Shown here piece by piece: positions 14,253-16,699 of a stretch of DNA of 16,699 nucleotides. The DNA is from Candidatus Methylomirabilia bacterium (GTDB taxonomy: Bacteria > Methylomirabilota > Methylomirabilia > Rokubacteriales > CSP1-6). The position numbers and the translations under genes were made by a program. The stretch's first letter is position 1. Each line of letters begins with the position of its first letter. The DNA lies in NCBI GenBank assembly GCA_046758965.1, contig JBHIBG010000059.1, forward strand, positions 1 to 16,699, written 5' to 3'. A model generated the notes under the pieces. It ran no database searches, was not told the origin of the DNA, and was given only the letters and a program-made list of their open reading frames with translations.

Positions 14253-15596
14253 ATGGACAGACCCGGCCGGCTCCAGGGGTCGTTGGCATGGGTGATGTGG
14301 GGGATCCCGGCTCTCATCTTCCTGTTCGCCTTCTTTCATCGCGTGGCTCCCGGTGTGATGGCGAAGGAGCTGATGGGGACCTTCCACATTACGGGGGCGC
14401 TGTTGGGCCTGCTCTCCGCGGTCTACTTCTACCTTTACGCGGGCCTCCTGATTCCTGCGGGACTGCTCCTGGATGCCTATGGTCCGCGCCGCGTGGTAGC
14501 AGTCGGCGGCACGCTGATGGGGGTGGGGACGCTCCTCATGGGATGGGCCGGCGGGACCGGCGTGCTCTTCGTGGGTCGCTTTCTGGTTGGCTTGGGGGCT
14601 TCTGTGACTTTCGTCGGGGCGCTCAAGGTGGCGGCGAACTGGTTTCCGCCGCGCCAGTTCGGAACTCTTGCGGCGGTGACTGCTGCCATGGGGGTTCTCG
14701 GAGGGCTAGTGGCCACAGTGCCGCTCGCGCTGTTAGCCTCCGCCGTGGGGTGGCGTGGCGCGTTCCTTGTCGTTGGAGGGGTGACCGTCCTCGCCTCACT
14801 GCTCTGCTGGTGGGTGGTGCGCGACCATCCCGAAGAGCTAGGGATCGCTGTGGTGTGGGCTGGGGCCCGGCCGGGTCCGGCTCTCTCACCGTCCCTGGGC
14901 CAAGTGCTCGCTGGAGCGGGGGTGGTACTCAAGAATTCCTATACCTGGCCTCCGTTCCTGGCCTTCTTCTGCCTCTACTCCGGGGCGGGGAACCTCATGC
15001 TCTGGGTTGTCCCGTTCTTGCGCGACGTTTACGGTCTGGCGACTTCCGGTGCTGCGGCCTACGCGACCGCGACTTCACTGGCGCTCCTTTTCTCAGCGCC
15101 ACTGACCGGGTATCTCTCAGACCGAGTCTTTGAGCGCCGCCGCCCGCTGTATCTCGGGCTGTGCTTGGGGTCAGTGGTATTGTGGGGGGTCTTTCTCCTC
15201 ACGCTCGGCCGGCTTCCTCTCTGGGGCCTCTATACGCTCTTCTTCATCATGGGGATGTCGGGCAGCGCCTTTGTCCTTACCTGGCCGATCGGCCGGGAGG
15301 TCAACCCCCCTCATCTCGCGGGGGTGAGCGTCGCGGTTGTGAACTTCGGAGGCTTTCTCGGAGCCGCTCTCACCCAGCGGCCGGTCGGCGCAATCCTGGA
15401 TGCGCGCTGGGCAGGGGCGCTTGAAGGTGGGGCCCGGGTCTATCCGCTGGAGGCCTACACCGCTGCCTTCGGCGTTTGCGGCGCATTCATCGTCGCCGGG
15501 GCGCTGATGGCGCTCCTGGTCCGTGAGACCCGCTGCCAGAACATCTACGCAGCCCTGCACCCTGCCCGGAAAGGAGCTGAGCTTCATGGCCGATGA
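14253..15596 (+). CDS. MFS transporter
   Basis: About 12 hydrophobic segments, motif A-like GLLLDAYGPRR and GYLSDRVFERRR, GRFLVGLG and ANWFPP; ATG at 14253. Confidence 0.93.
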   Translation: MDRPGRLQGSLAWVMWGIPALIFLFAFFHRVAPGVMAKELMGTFHITGALLGLLSAVYFYLYAGLLIPAGLLLDAYGPRRVVAVGGTLMGVGTLLMGWAGGTGVLFVGRFLVGLGASVTFVGALKVAANWFPPRQFGTLAAVTAAMGVLGGLVATVPLALLASAVGWRGAFLVVGGVTVLASLLCWWVVRDHPEELGIAVVWAGARPGPALSPSLGQVLAGAGVVLKNSYTWPPFLAFFCLYSGAGNLMLWVVPFLRDVYGLATSGAAAYATATSLALLFSAPLTGYLSDRVFERRRPLYLGLCLGSVVLWGVFLLTLGRLPLWGLYTLFFIMGMSGSAFVLTWPIGREVNPPHLAGVSVAVVNFGGFLGAALTQRPVGAILDARWAGALEGGARVYPLEAYTAAFGVCGAFIVAGALMALLVRETRCQNIYAALHPARKGAELHGR

Positions 15597-15859
15597 GCGA
15601 CTGGACACCGGCCTCTTCCACGCCGGAGCCATCATCGGCTTCGCTGACGAGACCGCCACCGCCGCGAGCATGTGGGAGTTGAACCCCACGGCAGAGTTCA
15701 AGCCAGAGCTCTTCCCGCTGACGCTTCAGCTCTCGGTCAACCTGATTCGAACAGGAATCGAGGGAGGCTTACCGCTGAGGCCCAGATCATCCACCGCGGG
15801 CAGACCACACTCATCGTCAACGAACCCAGCTTGCCCCCAAGCCGCCCGTGAAGGAGTGA
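15586..15859 (+). pseudogene. Decayed PaaI-family (hot-dog fold) thioesterase
   Basis: After SD AAGGAG and ATG 15586: FHAGAIIGFADETA...LQLSVNLIR. The family-like sequence continues in a second frame (NRNRGRLTAEAQIIHRGQTTLIV) and apparently ends in a third (TQLAPKPPVKE*, TGA 15857-15859). Confidence 0.75.
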
Positions 15860-15862
15860 TCC

Positions 15863-15909
15863 TGCCCACTGTTGAGGCAAGCTCCCTGCGTCTGCTCAAA
15901 TGTTAAGCA
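15863..15909. promoter_or_regulatory. Tandem NtrC-like enhancer boxes
   Basis: TGCCCACTGTTGAGGCA (15863-15879) and TGCTCAAATGTTAAGCA (15893-15909). Both are TGC-N11-GCA and lie 30 bp apart, upstream of the sigma54 promoter. Confidence 0.65.
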
Positions 15910-15952
15910 GAGCTGGGTGGCTTCATCGTCGTCGGTCATCAGAAGCTCCTGA

Positions 15953-16363
<411 letters not shown>

Positions 16364-16379
16364 GAAGGAGGGACAGGCG

Positions 16380-16699
16380 GTGGCAAAGTTCCCAGCTCTG
16401 ACGGCGATTGTCTTCTCGCTGATCCTGTTGGGGGGTGGCATCGGCCTCGCGAGGGCCCAGCAGGCCCCGGCCACGGCTGAACAACCCCCCGTGGCTCAGG
16501 AGGCTTCCGCTGAGGAATCCCCCGGGATCGACTCCGGGGATACGGCCTGGCTCCTCACCTCCTCGGCGCTGGTCCTCCTCATGACCGTCCCGGGGCTCGC
16601 GCTCTTCTACGGCGGAATGGTGCGCCAGAAAAACGCTCTCGGCGCGATCATGTACTGCTTCATTATCATGGCGCTGATCTCGGTCCAGTGGGTCCTCTG
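16380..16699 (+). CDS. amtB: Ammonium transporter, 3'-partial
   Basis: GTG 16380 after AAGGAGG; a signal-peptide-like N-terminus, then [36 protein letters not shown]. It runs off the window and is absent from the ORF track. Confidence 0.96.
   Translation, partial: MAKFPALTAIVFSLILLGGGIGLARAQQAPATAEQPPVAQEASAEESPGIDSGDTAWLLTSSALVLLMTVPGLALFYGGMVRQKNALGAIMYCFIIMALISVQWVL

Overview
GC-rich bacterial chromosomal window with no mobile elements or CRISPR arrays. Left to right it holds: the 3' part of a TPR-like gene; a structured 367-bp intergenic region; a membrane GGDEF diguanylate cyclase (-); a divergent tusA / iscS-like / HAD / CopD-like operon (+); a near-complete coenzyme F420 cluster on the - strand (PPOX-type F420 enzyme, cofG, cofH, HU, GNAT-like ORF, cofD, cofC, cofE, npdG/fno, Ldh2-family dehydrogenase); an HhH-GPD DNA glycosylase; an MFS transporter; a decayed PaaI thioesterase; and a glnK-amtB operon with a sigma54 promoter and two NtrC-like boxes. 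The strongest leads are three. (1) The IscS homologue has Asp in place of the PLP Schiff-base Lys and has lost other PLP/substrate residues, but keeps its loop Cys and is paired with TusA rather than IscU. (2) A ~215-260-nt multi-stem candidate ncRNA with its own promoter lies behind the cyclase. (3) The F420 operon has a single-domain CofE, no nitroreductase in the window, and HU, a degenerate GNAT and an Ldh2 enzyme built in. All calls come from motif recognition by eye; no searches were run.
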